A stretch of 62,615 nucleotides of DNA, filler included, from Globobulimina sp. (lineage: Eukaryota): assembly GCA_003354225.1 (NCBI GenBank). It is 15 parts of 15 records of this genome, joined end to end, with 100 filler letters (N's around TTAATTAATTAA, not from the genome) between each part and the next. Parts side by side here need not be neighbours in the genome. Positions count along the whole stretch, not along the records: positions 20,924 to 25,004 come from PIVH01001637.1; positions 25,105 to 29,185 come from PIVH01001638.1; positions 29,286 to 33,365 come from PIVH01001639.1; positions 33,466 to 37,545 come from PIVH01001640.1; 11 more parts are not named here. One strand, 5' to 3'. The notes beneath the pieces are model-generated. The model was not told the origin of the DNA. It worked only from the letters and a program-made list of their open reading frames with translations, and searched no databases. The first letter of the stretch is position 1; every line of letters begins with the position of its first letter. Below, piece after piece: positions 23,619 through 36,854 of the stretch. Made by a program: the position numbers and the translations under genes.

Positions 23619-24800
23619 ATGTCGGTTACAGAGGTTACAGAGCCTTCAGATACTAATCACGTGCGACCAATACGTACCAGCAGCGATTTATATTCATTCC
23701 GAAGAAATGATACATATTTACATACTTTTGGTGTCCAAAATGGTAATATAATATTTGATATTTTGTACAATCGAATGACAGTTTGTCTATTATCAATATA
23801 TGGTGTGGGCTGCTTAATGCTTTCGTGGACGAGTCATTTTCTGACATTTAAACAATTTTATTTTGATGTAATATATTGCATATTTGGTTTATTTCTCTGG
23901 TTTTGGATAGTATTTGCAATATTATCTGTCAATAGAATTGCATTAAGATTAATGATAAAAAAATTTGATTTTTGGGTAAAAATTTTCTTTGTAATCATAT
24001 TTGTTATATCTTATAATAGCTGGCTCTTCATAACAAATAAACGTATAAACACATTAAATGAGTTAAATATGATTTATCTCTATATTGTCGAGTCCGGTTT
24101 AGTGAGTATTGATTTTATTTTAATGATAACCTATTATTCATTAATAAATGGAATGCAAATTAAATTTAAAAGCAAATTATATGTTGGAGTAATATTATCT
24201 GCATTTTGCACTCTATTTGCGATGCAATATTTGTTATTTACTGAAAACAATAGTAAAGACAAAGAGTTATACACCCAAATATATCCAAACTATGTCTCGA
24301 TATCATGGTATTCTATGTCCTTATCATCCATACAAATATTAACATTATTCCTATGGAAAAGTATTTATTTACAAAGGAAATACAAAGCAAAGTCTATTGT
24401 TATAAATACCACACCTTCTATTCAATGGATTGGTGGCGATACAAGAAAATTAAAAAGCAATCCCATTAACAATTGCAATAATAAGAATAATTATAATTAT
24501 AACAATGATGAACTAAAACAAATGGAATCACAAATTGAAAACCATAATTGTAATAAGTATAATAATAACAACAGCTCATTGGAAACATTGGAAGGCAATG
24601 ATGAATATTTAGATATTGAATCTGTAGAGTTACAGCAAACTGGCGCAGCATTACCAGATCGATTTTTTGATGACTCTGAGACCTTAACACCAACACCGGC
24701 AACGGCATCAACATCAACATCAACGACCACTGCTTTAAAAAACCAACTCCATTCAATGCGTGATCAACCGAACGCATTCAATACATCAACATCACTATGA
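23619..24800 (+). CDS. Multi-pass (about 6 TM) membrane protein of unknown function
   Basis: Long ORF with several hydrophobic helices and an Asn/Thr-rich tail. Confidence 0.7.
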   Translation: MSVTEVTEPSDTNHVRPIRTSSDLYSFRRNDTYLHTFGVQNGNIIFDILYNRMTVCLLSIYGVGCLMLSWTSHFLTFKQFYFDVIYCIFGLFLWFWIVFAILSVNRIALRLMIKKFDFWVKIFFVIIFVISYNSWLFITNKRINTLNELNMIYLYIVESGLVSIDFILMITYYSLINGMQIKFKSKLYVGVILSAFCTLFAMQYLLFTENNSKDKELYTQIYPNYVSISWYSMSLSSIQILTLFLWKSIYLQRKYKAKSIVINTTPSIQWIGGDTRKLKSNPINNCNNKNNYNYNNDELKQMESQIENHNCNKYNNNNSSLETLEGNDEYLDIESVELQQTGAALPDRFFDDSETLTPTPATASTSTSTTTALKNQLHSMRDQPNAFNTSTSL

Positions 24801-25430
24801 ACTTTTTTTTAATATTATATTGTTTTTATTATTTTTTCCTTGTTTTTTTTTAATTTCGTTTTTCAAAATGTCTCTTTGAATTATTTAGATTTTTACTTTA
24901 TATTAATATATTTATGCATTTTTCTCGAGAGTATAGATATTTTATAATGAAGATCTTGCAAATGCTGGCCATGGATTGGCAGCGAGTTTGATCGAAGGAA
25001 AGTCNNNNNNNNNNNNNNNNNNNNNNNNNNNNNNNNNNNNNNNNNNNNTTAATTAATTAANNNNNNNNNNNNNNNNNNNNNNNNNNNNNNNNNNNNNNNN
25101 NNNNTACTACGCACGACATACTACGCACTGCACGTTATACACGTTTGTATTTAGCGCTCAAGTCACTAGGCAGTTCGCAGTATTGGAATGATTATGCTTT
25201 AGCTTATATACTGTATGCTTCATGCTACGTTAGGAACATATTATTACAGTAATGCAGATGTGTACTATTATGGTAACATTGTTGTTTATATTTCCTCTCT
25301 AGGATATGAGTCAGACGTTTTTATTCCTCTTTGTCTCCTCTTGTGAAATCGATATATTCTCTCTTGGTTATTTTGGTAAAAGTCGGTTGTCTAACAAAGT
25401 CTAACAATATTCAAACATTTGTCCAACAAA

Positions 25431-25444
25431 GATTAGAAGTCCAA
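25431..25444 (+). promoter_or_regulatory. Putative primer-binding site complementary to the anticodon arm of tRNA-Arg(UCU)
   Basis: GATTAGAAGTCCAA lies 2 nt after the LTR-like CA; its reverse complement TTGGACTTCTAATC resembles a tRNA-Arg(TCT) anticodon arm. Confidence 0.7.
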
Positions 25445-25577
25445 GGACTATTGCAAGGACTTGTGTATGTGGCTAGAACATTTTTGTGTACGGCAACAAA
25501 ATCGTTTGAAAAGGAATTTCAAGAATTTATTTCAAAGTTTGTGTGCTGCTGTTCAAATTGTTTAGTCAAAGAAAGAC

Positions 25578-26576
25578 ATGACTGATCGTATGCCAAATTT
25601 CGAGAAATTGAGAGGAGAGGACAATTGGCCGAAGTGGAGGTCTATGATGGTCACATATTTCAAAGCATTGAAATTGTACAAAATCCTTGATGGTACCAGA
25701 ATGCGACCTGTAGTAGGACAGCCCCCTGAACATCCTGCTACTGCTGATGATGTCGAAAATTTCGAAACAGACTGTGCACGAATTGGGAACATTTTCAATA
25801 ATATGATTGAAGCAACATTGTTCAATGTCTACACTGGACCCGGTTTTGAAACTGTACGTCAGCAGTGGGATGCACTGACAACTTATTTTGATCGACCAAC
25901 TGTCTCGAATAAAATGGATTTGTTGTCCCAATTGATTAACTGTCATCAAAGAGAGGAACAGTCCATTGATGAGTATTTCCGTGAAATTACTGAATTGGTT
26001 AGTAAACTTGCTGATTTACAGTACGTTGTTGATGACCAGCTGAGATTGACTTTGTGTATGAATGGACTCTTGTCACAGTATTCTACAGTTGCACAAGTGT
26101 ACAGAGCGAAAGGTGATCAATTGACATGGGCTGATCTTCATGAAGCTCTCCGAAGCGAAGAGAAGCGGTCAGGAACATTATCTATGTCTGCAAGTGCAAT
26201 GTATGTTGGTACTGTTGGTACAAGAAGTAGCCCAAAGTTCAGCAGCAAACCGCGAACTTGTTTCAATTGCGGTTCTGAAGGACATTTCTTTGATTCCTGT
26301 CCAAAGCCAAAAGATATGAAGAAGGCGCCCAAGCATTCCAAGTGGAAAAAGAAAAGTAAAACTGTTGGCACAATGCCCAGACTTAAGACTGTTGCGGATG
26401 AATCAGAAAATGAAGAAGACACAACATTGCATGTGAGGGAGATGGTGAAAACAATGAAAACGAAAGACATGTCAAGTATCAATTTTGTTATTGATTCAGG
26501 TGCTACAAAACATGTAGTTGTTAATCGTGATTCATTTGTTAGCTATGTAAAGTTTGTGAAACCTCTAGTGTTGTAA
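25578..26576 (+). CDS. gag: Copia Gag with zinc knuckle and the first half of the protease
   Basis: KLRGEDNWPKW, CFNCGSEGHFFDSC and FVIDSGATKH. Confidence 0.9.
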   Translation: MTDRMPNFEKLRGEDNWPKWRSMMVTYFKALKLYKILDGTRMRPVVGQPPEHPATADDVENFETDCARIGNIFNNMIEATLFNVYTGPGFETVRQQWDALTTYFDRPTVSNKMDLLSQLINCHQREEQSIDEYFREITELVSKLADLQYVVDDQLRLTLCMNGLLSQYSTVAQVYRAKGDQLTWADLHEALRSEEKRSGTLSMSASAMYVGTVGTRSSPKFSSKPRTCFNCGSEGHFFDSCPKPKDMKKAPKHSKWKKKSKTVGTMPRLKTVADESENEEDTTLHVREMVKTMKTKDMSSINFVIDSGATKHVVVNRDSFVSYVKFVKPLVL

Positions 26577-29185
26577 TGGTTGATGGTAGTCGTGCTGAGT
26601 CATTAGGCATAGGACGTGTTCGTGTTGCTATGTATGTTAATGATGTATGCAGACATGTCACATTGCACGACACATTACATGTACCACAGTCACAAACAAA
26701 TCTCCTCAGTGTTCGTCGTGCTCAGAACCATGGATGCAGTTTCTGGTTTCCACAGTACTCTGATATGTGCCATATTTACGATTCCAAGGGAAAGGAGCTT
26801 GGACAAGCACAGGACATGGGAAACAAGGAATACATACTGATTGGTGAAGTATTGAAACCTAAAGAAACATCAGAACTGGACTTGGTGGATCATGTGAAGG
26901 CTTTAGTTGCACCAGAAAACCCATTCACTCTTTGGCATCGACGCCTTGGACATGTAGGAGAAGATCGACTCAAAGATGCCATAAGAAAGGAGTTAGTCAC
27001 TGGGATCGACTGCAAAGTGACGCCTAGTGCTCATCTACCTACATGTGAAGGATGCATTGAAGCAAAGTCAACACGGTTACCACATAAGAAGCTGTCAGCA
27101 GTGTCAACGTCAAATGTGCTTGAACTTGTGCACAGCGATGTGTGTGGACCTATTTCGAAGCCCAGCTTTGGAGGGTCGAAATACTTTGTAACATTTACAG
27201 ATGACTTCAGCAGAATGGTGTGGGTGTATCCAATGCAAGCCAAGTCAGAGGTGTTTAAGTGTTTCAAAGTTTGGCACCAACTTGTCACCACACAGATGGA
27301 AAAGAAACTCAAGCGTTTCAGAACAGACAATGGTGGTGAATTTGTGAATAGACAATTCAAAGAATTCTGTCAAATCAATGGAATCAAGCATGAAGTAACG
27401 ACACCATATACTCCACAGCAAAATGGAATCGCGGAAAGAATGAACCGGACTCTACAAGTCATGAGCATTGCCATGCTACGTCATGCTGTGAAAGGAAAAC
27501 AGTATTGGGCTGAGGTTGTTACTACAGCTGCTTATATCCGAAATCGACTTCCTGCAAAGATTGTGGATCAGTATCAATCTCCTTATGAAAGATGGTTTGG
27601 ACGTGTTCCATCAGTGAAACATCTACGTGTTTGGGGATGTGATGCATATGCAGTAAAATCTAATGTTCAGAAGTTTGATGCAAAAACTGAAAAGCTGATC
27701 TTTGTCGGATATGCGCAGAATTCAAAGGGATATCGTCTAATGAATCCAGTGACAAAACAGATTACCAGAGCATGTGATGTCACTTTTGCTGAAGATCACT
27801 TCTCATTGGATACGGTACAGAATGAGGATGAGATGGATGTCGGGATCGGAGGGAGACAGGTGTTGCCACAAGTGGTCCAGGAACAACCTGTTATTGTGCC
27901 TCAACTTCCTGAACCTGAACCTGCTCTGGAATTGCCAGACCCTGTTGAAATTGAAGAGCAAGTTGTTGAACCAGCCCTTCAACCAGAGAATCGGTACCCA
28001 TACCGAAATCGACAGCAACCGAATCGTTATGGTGATTGGGCATCAGACCAAGAGATGTCAGAAATTGATAGAAATGCCTCAGTGCACCAAGAACTCATTC
28101 GTCTACTGTCAACGGAAGATGAACGGATTGACTATTTGTTTCAAGTTGCCTATGAACCAGATCCGGTCACAATTGATGAAGCAATGAATGGACCAGATGG
28201 TTATGAATGGAAAAAGGCAACTGACAATGAATACAACTCTCTGTTGGAAATGAACACATGGGAACTAGTCAACCCACCTCAAAGTCGGAAGATTATTGGA
28301 AGCAAGTGGGTGTTTCGGAAGAAGTATAATGCAGATGGTAGTCTGGACAAATTCAAAGCTCGACTGGTTGCCAAGGGATTTAGTCAGGTGCCTGGTTTCG
28401 ACTTCTTTGAAACATACAGCCCTACTCTTCGACTTAGTACCCTGAGAACTGTAATCGCATATGCTGTTTCAAAGAATTTGTTGATTCATCAAATGGATGT
28501 AACGACAGCATTTCTGAATGGAACAGTGGAAGAAGATATCTATGTCCAACAACCACCTGGATATGAGAAACCTGGAGAAGAACACAAAGTGTGTCATTTA
28601 CTCCGATCATTGTATGGAATCAAACAAGCACCACGGTGCTGGAACAAACTATTCGTTCAGTACCTGAAATCGATTGGATTTCATCAATGTGTGTCTGATA
28701 ACTGTGTCTTCGTTCGTTTCAACCCGTTAGCCATTGTCATGGTCTATGTGGATGATCTTACTGTGATTGCTGAAACAAGCGAAGAAATGACGAAAATCAA
28801 AGCCGAATTGTCAAGCCGTTTCAAGATGACTGACATGGGTGACATTCATTACATCTTGGGCATTGCAATGACAAAGAACCATGATAAATCGGTGACCCTC
28901 AATCAAGAGAAATACATCGAAGAACTGGTCAAGAAGTTTCAAATCACTGGAGAACGAAAAGTAACTACTCCAGCTGACCCAAATGTCATTCTTCAGAAAA
29001 TAGATGGAAGTGAACCATGTGATCAGAAACGATACATGTCTGGAGTCGGAAGTCTCCTCTATGTAGCTCTTGGATCAAGACCTGATATTCAATGTGCCGT
29101 AAACACATGTGCTAAATTCAGTTCAGCTCCTACAAAGACTCACTGGACAGCACTGTTACGTATCATTCGGTATCTGGTATGGTAC
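26576..29185 (+). CDS. pol: Copia Pol (protease C-terminal half, integrase, RT; truncated before RNase H)
   Basis: WHRRLGH...CEGC; DDE motifs VHSDVCGP, TDNGGEF and NGIAERMNR; RT motifs KARLVAKG, MDVTTAFLNG and YVDD. Confidence 0.95.
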
Positions 29186-30895
29186 NNNNNNNNNNNNNNN
29201 NNNNNNNNNNNNNNNNNNNNNNNNNNNNNTTAATTAATTAANNNNNNNNNNNNNNNNNNNNNNNNNNNNNNNNNNNNNNNNNNNNACGCTGACCAGAGGA
29301 AAACCATTGGATCGATTCACCAGGTTGGAATTACTGTACCACCAAACTCCAAATCCATCCGAACATCCGCTAAACAAAGAGAATTACATAAGTGTGGGGT
29401 TCACCCTCATACTGTAATATGCTTTATGACAGGTTCCCTGCGACTGTGGGGGTGTAACCGTATCAAAAAATGACAAACAAAAATGAAAAGCAGAGGTTAC
29501 AGCATGGTTACACAAAATACAAAATACACAAAAATCATATACAAAATCCAATACGAAACCAAAAATAAACAAACAAGTCACTGATAAGGCACAGTAAAAG
29601 CCAAAGAAAGAAAATACCAAAAAGGGGTTAAGTAAAAATACACAAAATATAGCAGGCAAGAGGCTAAATTGCACAGAAAGCACTGTATTAAGCACTGTAA
29701 GCAGAAAATATTACTATTATAAAATATTACCTGAAAAGAAAACTACTCTACTCAAAGAAAACTCAGAAAAAAGAGAGTTCTGAGATCTAATCTAATTGCC
29801 TACATAGCCCAAAAATACCGTGACCAAGACAGGCGATTATGAATAAGTTGGTCAAAAGTGGATTACTTCGCTTCCTCGAGAATTCCTTAATTAGGTCTGA
29901 ACCGGTCGCCATTGCATTCCATGTTCGCCCTGAAGAAACTCTACGCAAAAGATGGTCTGGTATCCACTATATTGCATCTTTGAGCACGAAAACACTGACA
30001 TATTTAGAATCTACACAATTTTATAAAATACCTAAATAATAGTCTTATAGTATTACCTAAATAGTAAAATACACCAAAACAGAAGAAAATAATAATAAAC
30101 AGTCAAAACAATGGCTTACCAACAGCCTTAAATTGACTGGCGGACTACAGACAGCCAATCCAATCACCCATTCACTAACGAAACAACAGCAATAGCTGTT
30201 CCGTCATTCATTGTTCAGAATAATCCATCCAAACATCACTATCAGTAGTTGAATGAAATTGAATGTAAAATGTAGTTGAATGTAATTCGAATATCCAGCC
30301 TCTGTTTGATCCATTAAGTGCACTGATCCACCCAGTTCAGTCTTTCACAAGAGACGGTTTGATGTTAATAGCAAGGCCTTGCGTTTGCCGCTCTGTGTCC
30401 AACGACAAAAAATCAACATGTTTCGAACCATGCGGAAAGTTTACCATCAGACAGTGATTGACATACTTTGGATCCAATCCGTTTCAATCGTTCCAATCCA
30501 ATCCAAAAATCTTCAACCGTAAAACTGATAGCTGTAGTAGGATCAACCTAATACAAAAATTACACAGGGATATAATCTAAAAAAAAGTATAATGTCATTT
30601 CATGCTTTCTCGGTCTGCTGTAAAAAATCGCCATAACATCCTTTCTCCAAATGAGTCATTGTGAACATCTGGTCAACCTACGGTATGGCTAGAAAAAAAA
30701 ATGAATGGGGGATTTAATAAATATACACATTTTACTTAGGGGTTTATTACAAAAATGATGCTACAATAAAGGGACATTACAACAGGGCTCCCAATGCAAC
30801 TAAACTCTTATGCCTGTGGGTTAACATCACCTAAGATATACATACATTATTATACAATAAATACACAGAAACAAAATATTTGCAATATTAGGCAT

Positions 30896-33365
30896 TTACA
30901 AACATAAAAAGTACATCCATACTTTACAATTTTCACAAAATATACTATAAGTAAATAAAGCTACAAGTACACAAATACACAAATACCAAAAATCATCCCG
31001 TTTCACTAACACTGTCTGTTCCCGTACCATTCTCACTGGTCTTTGCTGTATTTGTGATTTGATTGTGGATGCAGCTACCATTACTGGAGTTCGCTGTACT
31101 TTCTCTGAAAAAAAATTCTGCGGAGGCAATAGACTAGTTTTGTCTATTTCTTGTGTCACCACTGGATATGTTGCAGGTGCTGCCGCAAATGCTCTTCCTC
31201 CACGACCTCGTCCTCGTTGATACGAATTGTTACCTCGAGATGGATTATTAGCAGCTTGTTGATTTCTAACTGTTTGATAAAATGCCTCTCTAGCGATTTC
31301 TTCTTGTTCAGGTGTTTCCCAGATGTTGTAAACTTCTCCCCGTAACTCCGCACAAAATTTCTTTTCAATTTCATCCTCCATCCTCCGAGTTTTCCAATCT
31401 TTATTACGTTCAATTAAGAATAGCGCCTGCTCTTCTTGTTGTTCTGGCGTATTACAAAATCGTTTGAATTCAGCTAGTTTCTCAGGAGAAGAAAAGATGT
31501 CAATAATGGAATGTCCAAAAGTTTGTGACTGCATCTTGCTTTGTATACTTGATGGTCTTCGATGCATTTCAGGCGATGATCCTAATGAACTTGAAGGACT
31601 CGTTATCTCAGTAGGAAACATTCTATGGTTCTCAGCCATCTGTTCAAATTTGTCTTTAAATTTCTCTACATCTATTGCGAAATCCAACAAAGTATGATAG
31701 GCTTTATCACGATACCGGATTGGTTGAGTATAATCCATATAATTCAGTATGGCATCTTTAATTTGTTCCCTGATTACTTTGATTTCATGTTATCTGTAAT
31801 ATTTTGATTCTTTTGGCAAGGGTCCAAATATCACACCACAAATTCTAAGACAACCAGGAGGTGGGACCTGCTCAATGTTCTTCCATGCCTCAGGTAATGG
31901 TAGATGTTTTACCAATCTGGTGAACTCCGTGCTCCTTCTTCGATTACTTGGCCATTCAAGTCCATCCGATTGTTCCATATTTAAAAGAAAATCAGCACAA
32001 TCTTCTGGATTTACTGGTGTACTTGAATCTTGGACATTCTCTTCGGTATCTTCCAATACTGTTTCCATAGCAGCGGCATTTGTCTTATCAGTCACTTTTT
32101 CAGGTTCTGTCTGCACAGGTATGGTTTCAGATTGTTCAAGATCTACCCGATCAGCCATTGCTTCTTTCGCTTGAGTCCCTTCAGTTCTTTGTGTTGTCAA
32201 TTCATCTTGTGGTTGTTCAGAAACACCATCATCAGTAATAGGAGGATGTGCGTCCGATGAGTCTGATGAGCCGTCCTTCTCCACAACTTCTTCGCATTGT
32301 ACCATTTTGATAGGCAATTCTACTGATAGTTCTTGTATAGGATATTCCTCTTCCTCTTGTTGTTGTTCTTCTAAATTGTCGCCAATTTGGGATAATAGAG
32401 TCTCAGATATTTCAATCACCGGATGTGCAATCAAAATCTGTGTTGTTGTTCCAGTAACATCATCCAATACTTCGGGTCCAAAACCATTACATCCTTCCTT
32501 TGACAAATCATTCAATCTTTCTTTAAAAATCAAACTGTCCCAAATATGTTCAGGCATGGTATCAGCTGATTCAGACCACATTGGATTTTCGTTGTCAGTT
32601 GGTTCGATTTCATATGAACAAGCAGCATCTTTAACCACTGTTTCCGAGTATTTCTGATTGTCACCACAAAACTGTTCCACCTCTGTTTCGAACACTTTCC
32701 TCAACATTCTCTGACATTGGTCGGGTATGTCATCAACACAGATAGACTCGGCTTCCACCCAATCTAAATTCTGCATTGGCTGCATACTAGTCTGTTTTGT
32801 CATTTGAGTTGGTCCTTTGTATGCTTTTCTTGGGCTTCCCATTTGTGTCGGATGTCCATTAACCACGAGTTGTTTCGTGCTAAAATCGATATTTGACTGT
32901 ACGGCTTCCAGAAAATCGTTTCCGAATACAATAACTGGTGACTTCTCATTATCTGGCAGAATATGAAAATACTGTAAAAATCGTATTCCTGTGATTTCAA
33001 TATTCACATAAACTCCGCCCATGATGTCAACGTCTCCACCAAAACCCATAATACCATCATAACGACATGGAGTTAAATCGTCCGTCAATTGTTTCTTGGA
33101 ATCTTCATCTCTGTTTCCCGTTGCTATATAAGCAGAATATTGCATGAGACAAATGGGTGCTCCTGTGTCTACCAATGCTGGTGCTTGATAACAGGGTTTT
33201 CCGTGCTTGTTCAACACTGTCACAGCAATTTCCGTACCAAGCAACTGTAGTATCTTTGCTGGTCCCAACTTGTATGCTTCTTCTCGAGTGCTTGGAGCCT
33301 TCAACTCTAAAGTATCTGGACTACACATACGTTTGAGGTTCCGAGTTCTTGATACCTCCAGTTCT
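30896..33365 (-). mobile_element. Retropepsin-encoding ORF (Gypsy-like protease) with one in-frame TAA at 31790..31792; no RT visible
   Basis: ALVDTGAPICLM...VIVFGNDFL. The 512-aa and 280-aa ORFs share a frame and are separated by a single TAA. Confidence 0.6.
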
Positions 33366-33465
33366 NNNNNNNNNNNNNNNNNNNNNNNNNNNNNNNNNNN
33401 NNNNNNNNNTTAATTAATTAANNNNNNNNNNNNNNNNNNNNNNNNNNNNNNNNNNNNNNNNNNNN

Positions 33466-34338
33466 TTTCATTCGCTGCCGCTGTCGATGTCGTTTCTTAT
33501 GTTTGTATTTTTTCTTCTTTTTCTTTCGATGACGAGCCTTTTTGAGGGGCGGTTTCTGGTCATTTGTCTGGTCATTTTTAATGTCAATGTTGTCGGAAGA
33601 ATCGATTGTGTCCTCGTTTGAGGTGTTGTTGTTGGTCAAAGAGGTGCTGTTTATTTTGGATATGGTCGGAGTCGAATCGATGTTGAAGGTGGGCATGGCA
33701 TGGAAATTAATGTCCGCGTCGTCTGCATTTGGCGTATTGTGGTTATTTGTGTTTGATGAATGTGGTGAAAGTGAGTCAGAATCGTTGAGCACGAATGGCG
33801 ATATTATTGGTGGTTGGTCATTCATTATGATGTTAGTGATGATATCATTTGGTCCATCATCGATATTTTTGTCTGGATCTTCGGTGCCAATGCCAGGCTG
33901 CTCGGAGTTGGTTCGTTTGCTTTTGCATTTTTTATGTTTTTTATGCTTCTTTCTCTTTCTTTTTTTGTTTTGGATTTCCTGCGTTTGATATTTTTGAATT
34001 AATTTCTGATGTTTGTGGTTTTTACGAATTAATTGTTTTTTCTCGGATTTGAGCTGTTGGATTTCGGTTTGATAGTATTGGTTCATTACAGTCAATTGTT
34101 TGTCGCAAGTATCTGAAATGCGCTCTATTTGGTCGTTGAATACTTTCATACAAACTCGTTTCTTGACGTCGAGCAACGAGGCCACAAAGTGAGCGTAGCG
34201 CTGTTCTAACATTACCACTGATGTTTGGAAATTAGCTACCTGTTTATTTCTGGTTTCCTGCAGAGATTTGAATAGTTCGTCTGCAGTCTTATCGGGTATG
34301 GCTTGGCCATTGTTTCTGCTGTCGCTGTGTGATGACAT
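33466..34338 (-). CDS. Coiled-coil, Lys/His-rich low-complexity protein (3'-truncated)
   Basis: ATG-initiated ORF with NLS-like KKRKRKKHKK tracts, open to the contig edge. Confidence 0.6.
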
Positions 34339-35309
34339 TTTGATTAATAATTATATGAATTTTGGTTCACACGAAAGGATGAGCCGTAGATGTGTAAGCT
34401 TGAAATGCGAGATTTTTGCAAATTGTTAGACATGGAATGTTAATGGATTAGAGTGGTTAATTGGAAATGAAGTTATTATAGGCATTTGGTGCTGAATTTG
34501 TATTGAATGAAAATAATGTTATTATTAATTACGCAAATTCGCAATTTTATTTTTGGTATCACGACATTATAAATGTAAACATATTAATACGGTTCAATAA
34601 CAAAATGAGTTAAAACAAGAAGCTGTCAATTCAAAATTTATTCAAATGCAATTGTTGAAACACGTGGTGTTTCCAAAATGTATTATAAAATCTACCGACA
34701 AATAAATGTAAAAATATGAAATCTGTCTATTGCGGTGATCGATTAAAACGGCCGATATCAATACATTAATACACGCCAATTAAAATTCCATACATTAGGC
34801 ATGTCATACGGGTCTAATTTATTGTGATGATAACTTAAGGAAAGCATCTATTGAAGAAGATTTAGGTTCAAATCCCAATCATCACTATTTTTTGTTTGTG
34901 TTTCTGTTGTAATTTTACAAAAAATTATGCAGAGGTAATTTTAAATAGTTTGATAGATGTTTCAAACGTACACGGATCACCTTTTCTAGACGACCTAATG
35001 TGCTCCCTAAACCGAAGCGGTTTCGAACATGTTCAAGTTTCGAACTTAGTTTTAGTTGGTTTTAGTCCTTAAAATAATATTAGTGTATGCTAAAAAGTCA
35101 TAATATCATGCAGATGTTCGAACTCTTCTAAAAAATACCCTTTCAGAGATAGAACGTTTTCGTGCATGCAAACCCAGACAAACCAAAAAATTAAATTTAT
35201 ATTTAATAAAAGTAGTAAAACAGAAAAATATATTCATGACAACAAACACAAATGACACAAACACAAATGACAACAAACACAAATGACACAAGTACGTCAA
35301 CAAAAAGAT

Positions 35310-36682
35310 TCATTTGATTGCCATAATGGGGTCGGTTTTATTTGTAGCAAACCGAATACAGATATTTATAAAACACTGATTGCAACAATGACATAACGAC
35401 TTATTGAGAGATTCTCCAAATTGAGAATCCACCGCAAACATAATACAACAAACAGAGTTCACCAAACTATCAATACTCGCCATATTCATTGGTATTAATA
35501 ACGTTAATCGTGTTTGAGGTAAAAATATAAAACGAAATGAAAACCAAAAAAATGTCACCATAAAAACAGACGTTGATGTAATAAATACCAACACCGCATT
35601 TTTCGCTGTATGTATACGTAAAAAATAAACATCAACACATTAAATATATAAATTTAATTACGCATAATTACACAACCTGTTACTTCTAAGAATGAGATGC
35701 TATGCTGGGCTGCTTTTACAACAGATATGCTTTGCTTATTAGCAGCCTCATCATTTGCATTTGGCGTTGTTGGCGTTGTTGGCGTTGCCATATTTGCTGT
35801 CTGTGGCTGTGGCGATGCTGTCTGTGGCGATGGATATGGATGAATGTTCAATTTGGACATATCAATTTTCGAATTTGTGTTTCTTTTTATTTCTTGGTTG
35901 GCTGCGCGACCGCGTTGCAATGAGGTCAAAAGTAACAAACGTCTGCTAAACAGATACAATAAGATAAGGGTTATTATTTGATATGAAATACGAAATGAAT
36001 TAAATCCAACTTCTGCCATAATCAAATTGCCAATAAAAACACCAAAATATGCTACAATTACGGAGCAAATACCCATCACTGTCACAAAAATATTCGTTGC
36101 CCGGAACACAAATGTGGAATATCGGAACAATGAGTTTTTAAATGCGAAATATAATCGGCCATTAAAAAAAAATATTATGGCAATTGTACCAATGTACCAG
36201 CAAATGGTTGAGATTACACGCAAAAAATGCGAATAATGTTCGGTGTAAAATACTGCATCGTCTTGATATGGGTCAAAAAGTAAATATATGCAATATATGG
36301 CATTGAATGAGGAGCATCCGGCATTTCCCACTACTAAACATATTGATGAGTATTTAATGTATTTCTGAGCGCGCGCATCGGCAAGAACGCGTTTTCGTTT
36401 TTTTTCGTCTGATTTTGTGTTTTTATGCGGATTGAAATTATAGTTTTTGAATATATTGATAGATGCGGGAGAAGGCTGATTCATTTTCATTATGCGTCTT
36501 CGTTTATGTCTATCGGGATAAATAAAATGGTATACAACATAGCCAGCAATTACGACTGTTAATATTGCAATGGCTGTGGAGACAATGGCTGTTGGAAAGA
36601 TGAGGAAGTTATATTCATTACGTCTGTAAGACATTGTAACGAAAATAAGGAGTGAAGTAGTGAGTATATTTTTGAACATCAT
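35310..36682 (-). CDS. 7TM (GPCR-like) protein; intron 35606..35676
   Basis: Five TM segments in exon 1 and two in exon 2. Splicing joins FLEVT|AKNAVLVFITS in frame; long third intracellular loop. Confidence 0.75.
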
Positions 36683-36854
36683 TTATTTGAAACATAAATG
36701 CTTTGGAAAGCTGCATGTTCAGCTCCTGTATACGAACAGCATTTATTTAAACAGAAACAGTTTAAAATTACATCTTGAATTTTGAAACACGTTTAATTTA
36801 AAAACAATTGGCTTTGCCTTTAAGACATTCACTAAACACTTTTATTTTGAACAT

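Larger units (their letters stand above)
25105..29185 (+). mobile_element. Ty1/copia LTR retrotransposon (partial 5' LTR ending at about 25428, gag-pol, 3'-truncated)
   Basis: Domain order gag, zinc knuckle, PR, IN, RT. LTR-like end ...TCCAACA followed by a PBS-like sequence. Confidence 0.95.

Noticed and set aside
35236-35292. ACAAACACAAATGAC tandem repeat; also a 24-nt duplication near 42075-42116
   Set aside because: Ordinary minisatellites with no further structure.
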